Assembly (NCBI RefSeq): GCF_021028975.2
Contig: NC_059436.1
Span: forward strand, 27,342,001 to 27,406,000
DNA length: 64,000 nucleotides
DNA from: Sphaerodactylus townsendi
Taxonomy: Eukaryota
Reading direction: 5' to 3'
The notes below the pieces were generated by a model, which was given only the letters and a program-made list of their open reading frames with translations, was not told where the DNA came from and did not search any database. This document shows, piece by piece, positions 48,252 to 62,123 of the stretch. The position numbers and the translations under genes are program-made. Within the stretch, counting starts at the first letter, position 1; the number at the start of each line of letters is the position of its first letter.

Positions 48252-49370
48252 AATAGAATCATAGAGCTGGAAGGAGCCATACAGGTCATCTATTCCAACC
48301 CCCTGCTCAATATGCAGGATAAGCCCATTCCTGACATGTTCTTCAGCTGCTGTTTGGAGTGCCAGAGAGGAGAACATACCACCACCCCAGGCATATCCAT
48401 TATGCCCCTTAATAGAACTCCTTTTTTTTGGTGCCAACAGAAATAGCTCCCTGCCCTCCTCTCAAATATTTAAAGAGAACAATCATGTCCCTCCTCAACC
48501 TCCCTTTCTCTGGACTGAACATTCCCAGTTCCTCAGATTTTGCTTGTACAGCTTGGTTTTTAGGCAGGCTGACCAGACGTCCCGCTTTTGGCGGGACAGT
48601 CCCGCCTTCAAACAGCGTCCCACGGGTTATTTCAATTGTCCCAATTTTTGGGAGGCTTCTGGGGCGCAAGGCAGTGCAGCAGCCTCCCAAAAATAAGGAC
48701 AATTGAAATAACAAATTGTCCGCGGGGGGAGCGGCCCGGGAACTGAAGGCGCCTCTGTCCATTGGGGAAGGGCTTTGCCATTCACGCATGTGCGCGCAGC
48801 CGCAGGAGCACAGCCGTGGGAAACGGCAAGGGTGGGAAACGGCAAGCCCCAGAAGGCAGTGCGCTCCTGCGGCTGCGCGCGCATGCACACGGCCGCTTAC
48901 CCCCCCGTCCTGGTTCACAAAGGTGACCATCTGGTCACCTTATTTTTAGGCCCCTGATCCTCCTCCTGGCTCTCCTCTGTACCTGCTCCATTCCGTCCAT
49001 GTCCTTTTTGAAGTGAAGCCTCAGAACTGCACACAATATTTCAGGTGCAGCCTGACCAATGCTGTGTAGAGCGGGTATATGATGTCTTGTGATTTGGATG
49101 TTATGCCTCTGTTGATACACCCAAGATCGTATTAGCCTTTTTTGCCACTACATCATATTTACTGCTCATATTCAGCTTATAGGCCACCTGTATTCCTAGA
49201 TCTTGTTCACACCCAGTGTTACCCAAAGGTGTACCCAAACATTCAGTATGCATGCATCTCATTTTTGTCACCTAGCTGTAGAACTCTGCACGTGCCTTGT
49301 TGAATGGCATCTTGTTCACATTTGCCCACTCTTCCAGTGCATTCAAATGTGTTGAATTCTACCTTTAGGA
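48252..49370 (-). mobile_element. CR1 LINE 3' fragment
   Basis: Minus strand FKKDMDGMEQVQRRA and ELGMFSPEKGRLRRDMIVLFKYL; CR1 tail CTATGATTCTAT at ~48252. Confidence 0.8.
48565..48942. mobile_element. hAT (Blackjack-like) non-autonomous element nested in CR1
   Basis: TIRs CAGGCTGACCAGA / TCTGGTCACCTTA; 8-bp TSD TTTTTAGG at 48557-48564 and 48943-48950; CpG-rich. Confidence 0.85.
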
Positions 49371-51956
49371 TGCTTCCAGATGTTGCATGAACTTTTTAAA
49401 AAAAATATTGAGTCCCTCTGCTCCCATCCTATATCCAGTCTTTTCCAAGAGATGCATGTAAAATGAGATAAACCATGATGACTATTTTGTGTTCTTTAGA
49501 TGAGAAATGTTTTGTTTAGCTGAACACAATGGGACAGGACACATCATAACGTTGAATATACATATATCTCATATATATGGGGGCATTTTTGGGACACCTT
49601 TAAGACTCACAGAATGAGAGAGGTACAGATCTGATGCACCGAACATGGCTTGGTGTGAGGTTGCCTAGCACAAGGACCACTGAAAAGACATCCATACTCT
49701 CAAACAAGAAAACTTCTCAGCAGATGGCACCCAGTGTTATTTAATGGAAGTTTGAGAAGCAGGACCTAACATCTCAGTTATCCTGCAAAACAGAAAGGAA
49801 ATATTTTCAGTGTGATATTTACCAGTATCTCAAACAGCTTAGAGTTACCAAACAGTAGTTAACTGGTGTTAACCAGTAAAGCTATTTTCTCTCAGGTAAA
49901 TGGTATTGACATCCAAAAAACTAACGTATTCTAGATTCTGCTAGTATCTGTGAAGTCCGTTACATGTCAAAATCCACCCATGACCTGCTATTCTATGTAG
50001 ATACCAGAGGAAAACATTCTTTTAAAAAATGCTTATTATATAGCATCTGGGTGTCAGTGTCACAACTTGCTCTTAGCTCATGTTTCGTGATAAAAATGAC
50101 CTGCCTTGAATTTCAGCATCTAGTGGACAATAACTATGTCATTGTCTGGCTCAGCCACGAGAGGGAGCACAACCACATATTTTAAATTCAGATACTTTAT
50201 TTGGCAAGCATGCCAAAATCAAAGTATTTTCCACTCTAAAGGAAGAACAGCTCCCCATCCACCCTGCACCATTCCCCCATATCAGTTCCTGAACATAAAA
50301 AAGCAAACAATTTCCTTGAATACAAAGCAAATCAGTGTTGTCCCAAATTGCAGATGTGAAGATTAGAGAGAGTAGGTTGCCCAACGAACACCTTGTGAGT
50401 TTACGGGGGATGCAAGATTTGAATCTATATCCCCTTCCTGCTGTTCGTTTCCTACGCTTCCCAAATTATACAAAGCCCCTACAATACAGCAGCTTTCTAG
50501 ATCAGCGGTGTCCTGCAGTTTTAGACAATAGCTAGCTGGGTGCAAACTTGATTCAGATTGAAGCTATGAAGCTGCCTTACATTGAGCCAAGGCTTTGGTC
50601 TTTCAATATTGTCTGTACAGACTGGCAGAGGCTATCCAGGGTCTCAGATTAAGGTCTTTTACCTAAGTTGTCCCTTCCTTCTTTAAACTGGAACTGCTGG
50701 AATTGAACTTGGGACCTCTACGTGTTGTACAACAGAAATACCACTACTGAGCCACAGCACCACCTCACTGCTCTTGAATGAAGGCCTAGCAAGTAGGAAA
50801 GACTCAGAACCCTTAGGTGAGCATTTCTTAATAACCCCTGATATGCTTACATATTCAAGAAACACACTTGAAAGAGCTGAAAGTCACTGACTTTGACTCA
50901 CTATCCTTTTCATTGGAGAGTGTATGATCACATAAAATAGGGTTGGTGTCCCAAGTGAGAAGAGTTGACGGTTCCTTGAGTAAACATGTTGAACTTTATA
51001 AGAAACTGAACTGTGGTAAATGATTAATGGCCTCAGAGCAGTTGTGCAGTCATGCCTGTCTCTATAACTAATGTAGTGACCTTAGGCAAGCCAGTATTCT
51101 CTCATTCTCAGCCCAGCGGTACAACTGATCTACATTGGCAGGGTTGTTGTGGGTAATATTGAACTAATATTCCTGAACAGTGCTTTTGTGGTCCATTTGT
51201 ACTCAGTCTAACTGTCTGAATTGTGATCCAGGAAGTCCACGTTTCAAATCTAGCCTCTTCCACAGACATGACTGTGTGCTATGCATTATATTCCTCCCCT
51301 CTTGTTACAGGCAAACTCTCCTTGCCTGTTCTGCTCCCTGTTGATTGATTTGGTGTTTTAAATAGCAATACTGAGAAAAGAAATGGGGGGAAAAGTGTGT
51401 TGAAGAATGCGCAGGGTACTTTTGACTCCTACCTAAACAACAACACTCTCCTGCCTTCCCAACATTTAGGAACAGTTTGAACACAAGATCAAGTAGAGGT
51501 TTCAAAGCATGAGAACTGAACCTTGAATTCCCTGCCTCTATTGCTTCCCCGCTGCTAGGAGCAAAATATATTTTCTGCTAGGAGCAAAATATATTTTCAA
51601 AGGAGAAGGAAGAAAGCATATATTTATATTTGTCAATAAATTAAAACGTGTGAAGTGAAGGAGAACCTGTATTTCTTAGACTCCATCTCCATCTCCCACT
51701 CTTTGCAGCTTCATGCAGATTCTCAGTCAACTGAGACATGGAACTAGTTAAGATCAAAAGCACCAAATTTACATTTAACATCAAGGCTCATGGACTGGTA
51801 GGAACCCCCCCCCCCCCCCCGTAACTGCATATACATCAGATTTTATGTCAATGTCCTTCTATAATTAGAGGATTTGGGAAACCTGTGTTTTAATTCCCCA
51901 CTCAGCCACAGAAGTTTGTTGGGTAACCTTGGCCAGTTATTCTCTCTCAGCCTAAT

Positions 51957-52140
51957 AAGAACATAAGAACAAGCCTGCTGGATCAGACCAGAGTCCATCT
52001 AGTCCAGCACTCTGCTACTCGCAGTAGCCCACCAGGTGCCTTTGGGAGATCACATGCAGGATGTTAAAGCAATGGCCTTCTGCTGCTGCTGCTGCTCCTG
52101 AGCACCTGATCTGCACCTGCTGCTCCTGAGCACCTGATCT
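51957..52140 (-). mobile_element. CR1-type LINE 3' end inserted in a SINE
   Basis: AAGAACATAAGAAC tail followed by GCCTGCTGGATCAGACCAGAGTCCATCTAGTCCAG. Confidence 0.65.
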
Positions 52141-52861
52141 GCTAATGTACCTCACAGGGTTGTTGGGAAGATAAAATGGAAAAGATGAGAACAAGGTAAG
52201 ATACACTGGGGTCCTCACTGGGAAAAATGGTGTATAAATATCTAAAAATAGAAGCAGAAAATTTTTTAAGATCACACCAGCCAGATTCACTGTAGCTCAG
52301 TTCACTCAGTAGCTCAGTTCACACACTACAGTGAACCTATGTATATGTATATGTATATCCAGGACACACATATGTACATCTGTTTGTAAGATAGAGACAA
52401 CACACATTCACTTTATAAATGACACTGGGAACCATCACCTGAATAAATGTGGGGTTCGCATCACATGTTCAGCTACATAGGTGTAGACTGTAACTTGAGA
52501 ATTACTCAGCACAAATACAAAGAGCAATCGAGTGTACCCAGTACATGCTTTCATTGAAACTTGTGAAGAAGACTTGTATCTTAAAAGAAGAGATTATGTA
52601 GCTATATAAGCTAATAAAACAGTTTTAATATCTGTTCTGGGTTTTAGTTGCCATGGGCAACAACATGCCTATAAAACTAAGCCAGCAAACACACACAACC
52701 CCACAAATAAAACCAGAAAAAGGACAGCTTTTGCTTTGGAGATAGGATGCTTTGATTTCAGCAATGCATTCCAAGCAGTTCCTATATGTAAAGGAGACTG
52801 GGTAGATTTTCTTAAGGGATTAGCCAAGAATGGATAAGCAGGGGTCAGCAGGCTATTAAGT

Positions 52862-53081
52862 TAGGGTTGCCAACCTCTAGGTGGTGGCTGGTGCCTGGAA
52901 TTACGACTGATCTCCAGGCTGCAGAGAAGAGTTCCTGTGGAGGTGGAGCCAACTACAAAAACTGGTGGGTGGACTATATGGCTTTATACTCTGCTGATGT
53001 CCCCCTCCCCCAAAACCCAGCCCTCCCAAGGCTCCACCTCCAGAATCTCCAGGATTCCCCAGCCTGGAGCTGGCAACCCTA
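52862..53081. mobile_element. hAT MITE
   Basis: TIRs TAGGGTTGCCA / TGGCAACCCTA; degenerate 8-bp TSD. Confidence 0.75.
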
Positions 53082-54041
53082 CACTAAGTGGTTGGATTTA
53101 TGTATTTATTTTTGCCTCCCAATGTGCTTTCTGACTTTTTTTTAATAGTCTGCCTTTCTCACTGAGAATCAATGCAGATTAAAAACTTGAAAAATGTAGT
53201 AAGAACAGTGTTAATAATCAATATGTCATTCATCTGATTTTGTAGTAGAGCCCCCAACACTGCTTAGCACCAGTTTATCCTAATAACTAGCACTAAGTGG
53301 CCTACCCTCTGCTCCACATTGTGCCCCTGCTGGATCCAAGGCCTGGTGCACAGGAAGGGGTTTTTTGGTCTGACTGTAAACCCACCCTGGAATCTCCCAG
53401 GGAGGCAATGCCATGCATGTGCAACCTCGCTGAAGCTGCTACCAAGAGGTCCAATAGCAGCAGCAATACTCAACGAAGTGCACACTTCCCTTTGTATTGC
53501 TTCTCTTGGGAAGGATCCAAGGCTATCAGTAGTGGGAGCCCTTTCTCTGCAGCCTCTCTTGGATTGATGCTCCCTGCTGGATTGGCGCCCCTAAGAGTCT
53601 GCTTGGGTCTTCAGGTTTGTGACTTGTCTTGAGGCGGCTCCCAGTATTCATAAAACACAACATTCCATCCTAAAAGAATAAGGACATATTTCAGTTTAAA
53701 AACTAAAATAATCCGTTAGATGGACCTGCAAGAAGAAATGTGTGTGGGGAGAGAGAGGACATTGAAAAACAGAGTTTGGAAATACCGATCTCTAAACAAA
53801 AGAGACTCAGAAAATGAAATATAAATTAAATGGTGACCCCAAGCCAACTTTATTAACAGACATAGAAAACTGAAGACAAAAAGAAGGGACCATGCACTTA
53901 GGAAGGGGGGGGGGGATTTCTCGGGTTTGAACCCCCCCCCAATTCATGTCCGAAGCTCCGCCCACCCGTTTGTGGGTTTTAAAAACATTTTGGTACTTTT
54001 TTGGTTTTTGGCCTGCAGGGGGCGCATTGTTTGGGCTAGCA

Positions 54042-54474
54042 CAGGGGTAGGGAACCTTTAATACTCAAAGAGCCATTTGGACCCGTTTTCCATGGGAAAA
54101 GAAAACACTTGGAGCCGCAAATAATTGTTGACATTTAAAATAAAGATAACACTGTATATATTGGGTTTTTTAACCTTTTACTCCGCTCATTCTGAGAAGT
54201 GCATGGATGCGTCCGCCCTGCTGCCTGCAGGGCGGGCAAGGATGGGGCCAGTGGCTCAGCCTCGCCGGCTGCCGGGAAAGCACCCGCCCTGCTCCAATGG
54301 GGCAGGCGAGAGGGGAAGCCCACGGCGCGGCCCAGCCGGCCGCGGGCAGTTGGTGCGCCCACCCTGCTGTCTGCAGGGCGAGAAAGGATGGGACCAGCGG
54401 CTCAGCTCGTGGAGCCGCAGTGCAAGGGCAGAAGAGCCGCATGCAGCTCTCGAGCCGCAGGTTCCCTACCCCTG
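54042..54474. mobile_element. hAT MITE (433 bp), nested
   Basis: TIRs CAGGGGTAGGGAACCT / AGGTTCCCTACCCCTG; TSD GGCTAGCA at 54034-54041 and 54475-54482. Confidence 0.9.
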
Positions 54475-54514
54475 GGCTAGCAGCACCAAACTTTCAGGGA
54501 TTGTTTGGGGGACT

Positions 54515-55100
54515 CTCCTGATGATACTACCCGGGTTTGGTGAGGTTTGGTTCAGGAGGTCCAAAGTTATGGACTCCCAAAGGGGGTGCCCTCATCCTCC
54601 ATTGTTTCCAATGGGAGCTAATAGAAGATGGGGGCTACACCTTTGAGGGTCCATAACTTTGGACCCCCTGAACCAAACTTCACCAAACCTGGGATGTATT
54701 ATCAGGTGAGTCTCTTACTGATACCATCAAGGTTTTGTGAGGTTTGGTTTAGGGGGTCCAAAGTTATGGACTCCCAAAGGGGGTGCCCTCATCCTCCATT
54801 GTTTCCAATGGGAGCTAATAGAAGATGGGGGCTACACCTTTGAGGGTCCATAACTTTGGACCCCCTGAACCAAACTTCACCAAACCTGGGATGTATTATC
54901 AGGTGAGTCTCTTACTGATACCATCCAGGTTTTGTGAAGTTTGGTCCAGAGGGCCCAAAGCTATGGACTCCCAAAGGGGGTGCCCCCATTCTCCATTGTT
55001 TTCAATGGGAGCGATTAGAAGATGGGGGCTACACCTTTGAGGGTCCATAACTTTGGACCCCCTGAACCAAACTTCACCAAACCTGGGTGGTATCATTAGG
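54515..55100. repeat. 197-bp tandem repeat, about 3 copies, each unit an inverted repeat
   Basis: Near-identical ORFs at 54628 and 54825 give the 197-bp period; arms GGTTTGGTGAGGTTTGGTTCAGG..GTCCAAAGTTATGGAC / GTCCATAACTTTGGAC..CCTGAACCAAACTTCACCAAACC. Confidence 0.9.
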
Positions 55101-55250
55101 AGAGACTCCTAAAGATACCCTGAAAGTTTGGTGCTTCTAGCTTAACAATTGCACCCCTGACAGCAGGCATTCCCCAAATTTTTCCAGATTCTCGTTTTAA
55201 ATCCACCCTCTTCGGCATGGATTTAAAGGGAGAATCTGAGGTCCTCAGTT

Positions 55251-55541
55251 TAGAAGAAGAAGAAGAGTTTGGATTTATATCCTCCCTTTCTCTCCTGTAG
55301 GAGACTCAAAGGGGCTTACAATCTCCTTGCCCTTGCTCCCTCACAACAAACACCCTGTGAGGTGGGTGGGGCTGAGAGAGCTCCGAAAAGCTGTGACTAG
55401 CCCAAGGTCACCCAGCTGGCATGTGTGGGAGTGCACAGGCTAATCTGAATTCCCCAGATAAGTCTTCACAGTTCAAGTGGCAGAGCAGGGAAACCCGGTT
55501 CCTCCAGATTAGAATGCACCTGCTCTTAACCACTACGCCAC
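55251..55541 (-). mobile_element. SINE (Squam3-like), nested
   Basis: (AGA)n tail followed by the reverse-complement SINE body. Confidence 0.8.
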
Positions 55542-58500
55542 ATTGAAAGTGATGCTGTTTCAGGGTGGGGGATAATCCACGCCAAAACAGCATCACTTTC
55601 AATGTTGTTTAACTAGGGGCCCCAGATTCTCCCTTTAAGGTGGATTTAAAAGGAGAATTTGGGCTCTCTAGTTTAAATGCCATTGAAAGTGATGCTGTTT
55701 GGGGGTGGATTCCAGCATCACAGCAGCTGCCCGGGGTGGGGGGGGCGTGCAAAACTTTTGCACCAGGCTCCATTTTCCCTCTATGCCTCTGCCCAGAGGG
55801 GAGGGGAAGGGCAGGGCAGGGGAGGGGAGTCTGCCATCCCCGACCTCGGAGAGCTGCTTTTATAAGCGCTAGGCCAGGGGCGGGGCTTGGGGAGGCGTGA
55901 CCATGTGCCCCACCATGTGCCCCCCCCCGAACCCCCCCCCCATAAAAAATCTATACCTACGTCCCTGGAAGGGACCAATCTGAGCTGAACTAAGCATGGA
56001 TGAGTGGTAATGTCTTTTCCTGCCTTCCTACCTCTCTTCCTTTTTAGCTTGCATATAGTTAAATAAATCAGCATGTGCAAAGGTAGAGGTAGAGGTAAAG
56101 GTAAAAAGGTAAAGGTAAAAAGTCCCCTGTGCAAACACCAGGTCACTACTAACCCATGAGGGGTTGGCACATCACGGCATATACTAGGCAGACCATATTT
56201 ATGGGGTGGTTTGTCATTGTCTTCTCCAGCCATCTACACTTTACTCCTAGCAAGCTGGGTGGAGATAAAGCCCCCAGAGCAGACTGCAAATATCATGTCT
56301 TCATTACTGTCCCTTGCAGGAGTCCCCAACTTTTCACAGCTTGTGAGCACCATTGGAATTTTGATTCATAGTGGTGGGCATAACCAAAAATGTCTGCCAC
56401 AGAAGGTGGAGCTGACTACAAGACATCAGGGAGGAAAACTACACAGTAGTGGCAGCTTCAGCAAGAGTCATTTTTAAAAATCTGCCCAATCAGATCTCCC
56501 ACATCCAATCAGAAGCCCTGTTAGGCAAAATCCACCAAGAAAGGTATCCGCAGGAGGAATGGTGCCCAGGGCACCATGCTGGGAACCCCTGGCCAATTGC
56601 CATCTGTTCCTGTGCAGTTTTGGAGGACAAGAGTTGTATTTAATGCTAATTCAGACAGCAGTGTCTATTTACCAATTTTGTTTAAAAAAGAAAGAAAACA
56701 GTAGCTTTCAGTGCCTGCTTCGCTCCCCAGATTCGTCCAAGTACTCTGCCACAACTGGCCGTGATGTCATTGCTTATTGACAACCATTCGTGGCAGCCAT
56801 TCTTTACTGGTACCTTTTCACTATCTTCCTACCTGACTGGCCAAATGGTAAGGAAACCGAGCAATATGCAGAGGAACCGCAGACCAAATAAGCAGGCCAC
56901 AGAGTACAACAAAGTGGTCTCAGTGTAACGAAGTTTTCCACACTGACAGAAAGAGTTTATTCCCAAATATTCTCTTCAGGCTTCTCCTGGGCAAACAATG
57001 ACATCATGTAATTTTTAGTTACTGTCTGAAAATGTGAACATTTTCCAGACGTTGGCTAAATACCCAGTTCTGTGCTTGAGTTGGATAAGAACAAGAGCTA
57101 GGAGAGAATGATGGAGAACTGTCACGAGAGCCATCCATCTGTCTCCAAGATTTTGCTGCAGCTGACATTGGCCTGCTTTGCACAATCCGCCCACATAACT
57201 TGAGGGTCATTCCATTTGTGCATCCTGTCAGGTTTTGCACTCGTGCCAAAGATCTACACACAATAGGCTGCATTCATAGGATTGCATTGCACCTGCCCTT
57301 CTGGGACAGTGGCCAGCATCTGTGGCAGTCCCATGGCATCAAAGGTCAGGGGGTGAGGGGAAATGATAGCAGCAGAAGCCCCAACACCCCCAGTAGGGAT
57401 GGGAGGAAAGTGTGCTTTGTGGAAGTTGTGGGGAGGGGGAGAACCACTTGCTCAACAGCCCCCGCCCCCAGCACCTGTTGAAAAAACTCAGCGCTGGTGT
57501 TGTTTTCTACTTTGGTATCTGAAGGCCATAAAATGGTTAGTGGGACATGAAGGTAGAAGAGAATAGATGTTAATTGCCCAGATTTCAGTTAAAGAATGCA
57601 GGGGTGGGGGGCGAGAACAGCTGCTTTTTTAGGGTCTGGAAAGGCAGTTTTGCTGATATATTTTTCGTTTGACTGACCAAATCTTTGCAGAGAGGCAAGA
57701 CTTCACAGGAAACAGCAGAAGCTTTTTCTCCATGCCATTAAGGAGGCCTAAAATATCTGAACAAATGCGATCGAGTTCCTCTGAAGATGCACAGAGGAGG
57801 ACAACTAGTTGCATCTTTTCAAGAAGACGGACAAGTAGGTGATCAGGTGCCAGAGGGGCCCCAAATGTGATACAACAAGAGATGAACACTCTCAAGCAAT
57901 GGATATGGAATGCCATTCAGGGCATTAAAGCATTCTGAATGTGACAGATAGACCAGATAGACCTGACAGAACACATATGCCCAGTTCCCATTCATTTCAA
58001 TGAGACTTGTGCAGAGAAATCTGCTCATATACTCATTAATGGGAGAAAGAAAGAGGCTATTAGGACTTCAGCTGTCTCTACATGGACCATTTGCTGCATC
58101 CTGGCTCTTACAGCCAAACTGGTTGCGGTGGCATTCTCATGGTCACCGCAAGGACACTGCTGCCATTTTTAAGAGAGTTCAAAATGCCACAAGGGCCTCA
58201 TTGGGCCCACAGCATGGTGCTTTTGTTCCCCGCCCCACCTTTTCAAGCTGGTTTGCCCATGACAGCTGTTTTTGCACTTAGAAAGGGGCATGCAGGGGAA
58301 ACAAAAGTGCTTTGAGCCTGACGTCGATCACATAATTTACAAATCACTGTAAAATGGTTGCAACGTCATGTCTAGTTTGGCCTCAAGTTGGAGGGATTGT
58401 AGCATCCACACAGTGTCATCCTTGAGTCATTCTTCTTCCACAGGCTGTTTATGCACTAACAACTCCCTGTGGGTTTGTAGAATTTTGTTCCAAAACGTTT

Positions 58501-59382
58501 TCCCCTCCCCAGGGCTCAGCAGATCAATGACCCACTCCCCTTTTCCCCCCCCCCCCCCCCCCCCCCACACACACATCTGCTGCAAAGCAGCAATTTCTCT
58601 TCTTCAAAGGATTTGGCTTTTCATGGCCTGTTCCGCCTAGTCCCTGTGACGTCAATCATAGAGGAATTTAAAACATTTTTTGCTGCAGTTGACTGAAAGC
58701 ATCTGTGTGGCTCTGAGGCTACATTCTCGTGTTGGTTGCTGGTGCATGTGCGTAAGGAGAGCCAAGTATTGTCCCCCTCCTTTCCAGGTGGGGGCACGAG
58801 AATAACTGGCTAATTGTGCTTTTCTGCAGGTGCTGGTGCAGGTTGTCAAGGTTTGGGCCAGCACATCAGCATGGCTGAGAAATGCCACGCTTGGGTTGGC
58901 TGCTGGGGCATGCGCATGAGACCTGTGTTTTTATGTCGGGAGGGTGTTTTCTGCCTTTCGTGCCCATTGGCCCCTGCCTGGGGCACCTGGTGGTAGGTGA
59001 ATATTCTGACATCATAATTACCTGGTTCATGGGTGACACTTCCTATCATGTTAGCATGATCCTGTTGCGGTTACTCCTCTTGTCTTTCCAGGTGGGGGTG
59101 GGGGTAGTGAAATGGTACCCTCACCCTTGTCGGCCGCCCTTTTTTGGGGGGCCAAGACATCACTGAGGGACAAGAGACCTCCAGAGACCTCAACTGGAGA
59201 CCAGGGGTGGCTTCTTGGGCCACTTTCCCTATTTGTCCTTCATGCGTCTTCTCCTGCATTGGCTGGAGGTGCTCTCTTGCACTGGATTTTTGTGTGACTG
59301 ATGAAGACTGCCTCACTGGGACCACATTTGTGATGTCAGTTTGATTGATGCTCCCTCTCTGAACTCTAGGCACCCTCAGTTC

Positions 59383-59761
59383 AAGAAGAAGAAGAAGAGG
59401 AGGAGGAGTTTGGATTTATACCCCACCTTTCTCTCCTGTAATAAGACTCAAGGTAGCTTACAAACTCCTTTCCCTTCCTCTCCCCACAACAGACACCTTG
59501 TGAGGTAGGTGGGGCTGAGAGAGTTCCAAAGAACTGTGACTAGCCCAAGGTCACCTAGCAGGAATGTAGGAGTGCGGAAACACATCTGGTTCACCAGATA
59601 AGCCTCTGCCACTCATATGGAGGAGCAGAGAATCAAACCCGGTTTTATTTGTTTGTTTGTTTAATTCCACTTCTAAACCGCCCTACCCCCGGAGGCTCAG
59701 GGCGGTGTACATTCATATAAAACAGATTTTCCAGATTAGAATCCACCTGCTCTTACCCACT
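59383..59761 (-). mobile_element. SINE (Squam3-like) with a short internal insertion
   Basis: (AGA/AGG)n tail; body is the reverse complement of the 14483 copy; extra segment at ~59645-59725. Confidence 0.8.
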
Positions 59762-61995
59762 ACAAATGCTGGCTTCTCCTACAGAAAGAGAACACACCCT
59801 GACAAAAAAGGTAGTCATCAGGGATTCAAGATCTCCCCTGGGAGGATGTGTATCTCTATGCCACATTTCCTTTATTAAAAAACGAAAGATGTGAAGAAGC
59901 CTGGAAGAATTTCAATAAATACTAATAACATTGCTTTCCAGTGACTGAACATGCAATGTCAGGAGTGTCAAGAATACTGTTAAGATTAATCTCATGCTTG
60001 CTTCAGATAAATTAAATATCCAGTATGATAATTCCACTATATATTGCCATGCTTTCCCCTGCCGCTTGACAAAGTTTTGCAGTGAGGCCATCACAGTACT
60101 TATGAACTTGGCACCATGCCTTCTTTCGTCAAATGCACCCAGAGGTTATACCCTATGTGCAAGACGCACAAAAAACAGAACATTTGTTGGATGATCTGTG
60201 GGTTTATTAATCTCAGCCTCAGCTGCTGGCGAAATAAAGATGGATTTAGAAGATTTAGAAGTTTGCAGTGCCTACTGATCAGCATGATGTGGTGACTAGC
60301 TGCACTTTCCTTATTCTCCTTTGCTTCCCTCCGTGGGAATAATTATTGTTCCACTCTTTGGTTCTATTTCTAGCGTACGTTTATTCAGACAACCACACAT
60401 AAAATAAGAACAGCAAAGTTATTGGGAAGAGGGAAACCCATTGCAGGGAAATGGAAGGGCTATAAGAGTGGTGGAAGGCCTGCAGATATGAGACAGAATG
60501 GAATTGGAATGTTAATTAGCAGTGGGTTACATCTCAGTTAAGTGACTGTTGACCCAGCTCACCTTGCTAAAGGTAAGGTAAGTAAGCAGACATATTACTC
60601 AAAATTACCAATTTGCTGAAAAGGAAAAAAAGGCAGGATGGAGTGTGTCTGATTCCTTTTTTTTTATAATGCATAAAATGAAGACAAGAGAAGTTCACCC
60701 AAGGCCTTCTTGTCTGTGCTGTTCCATAGGACAGGAGATTATGACCAAACACCACTGAGAAGGGGTTGGTTCAAACTGACAAGTATAGCCATCGTTGGAA
60801 AAAGCTCTGCTGCCCCGCTGTATGACCCCAGCTAGCTTGCCCCAGTACAAGTTGACCTCGCCAGCTTCTCGCATAACAGTGGCCCAATTTTTCAAGCTCT
60901 GTTCAAAGTGCTGTTAGTCTGTGAAGTGATACTCGAGATGAACTTCCTGTCAGATTGCAGCTTTACGTCACCTCACAGAAAGACAAAGTTGCTCATCTGG
61001 GCATTTAGCAGTGGTCCTCATGATGGGAAATCTCTGGGGGTAGTGCAAATGAGCCTGGAAATACCTGCGGATACTTCGGGAGGAATCAGGTTAAAGGCTG
61101 TCTGTCAGCATGGTGAACAAATTGGCCACAAGACAAAACAAAAGAAACAACCAAACAAAAAAGATTTATTCTAAAATATTTTCCTGCTGAATGTTTCAAA
61201 ATTCAAAATAAAAATAAATTATGTATCAAACCCGCTTAGGTAGTAGGTGGATTTGGCAGTATTTTGTTAAATGCAGAAATAATGTTATTTTTTTCTTTTT
61301 ATGTGAAAGTTGTTTGTTTATATTGTTATTCTAACAATGTTAATATTTTTAAAAATAAATTTAACGTTACCTCATTAGGAAGCAATGTTAATTTAGTGAA
61401 TTGCCTCTAAAGGAAAAATTTCTCCCCGTCTCATCTGCAGTACCTCAAGGGATCTTAGGGTACATTTTGTTGTCTTAAAACTAGCGTTCCCTAAAGGGCC
61501 ACTTTGGATATCCATACAGTGGAGCTGACCGTGTCTCTGCGCTGAAGTTCATTGGAAGACCAAAGTAGCCAGTTAGCTTCTTTGTTCTCCTTAATTGGGG
61601 AGGGTGCAACTAATTGCTCTGACTGTGCTTTTTAACAGAGAGACAAGAGATTGACCCTAACTCCGGCTTGGTGAAAATGGGACTGGGTAAGCAATGCAAA
61701 CAAATCCCAGGTGGAAAGAAAATGGGATTGATTAGGATTAAGAAACAGAAAGGGAGAAAGGAATCTGTAGATAATGGAGTTAAGGAAGTGTTTGATTCCA
61801 CTGCCTTTTCAGAACAGCTTTATTGGATTAAGTGGGTAATACAGAATAGACACCTTTTGTCTAAAAAGTATACAGCCTCTCATTAGAGGTTTAATATTTG
61901 TAGAGTAGTGGATCCTGTTTCAACACCCCCTCTCTGTGTGCAATAAAACCTAAGCTTTTCTGTTCTGAAGCAAGCCCTGAAAAGCCAGTTGTGCC

Positions 61996-62123
61996 NNNNN
62001 NNNNNNNNNNNNNNNNNNNNNNNNNNNNNNNNNNNNNNNNNNNNNNNNNNNNNNNNNNNNNNNNNNNNNNNNNNNNNNNNNNNNNNNNNNNNNNNNNNNN
62101 NNNNNNNNNNNNNNNNNNNNNNN
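61996..62123. other. assembly gap (128 N)
   Basis: run of n. Confidence 1.

Larger units (their letters stand above)
53891..55967. mobile_element. ~2.1-kb non-autonomous hAT-like element with internal 197-bp palindromic tandem array and nested insertions
   Basis: 8-bp TSD GAAGGGAC at 53883-53890 and 55968-55975; imperfect TIRs CATGCACTTAGG / CCTACGTCCCTG. Confidence 0.7.

Noticed and set aside
48409-48930. 173-aa minus-strand ORF
   Set aside because: Chimera of a GC-rich hAT insertion and a CR1 remnant.
54515-55100. CRISPR-like array
   Set aside because: Eukaryotic context, and the whole units are duplicated with no unique spacers.
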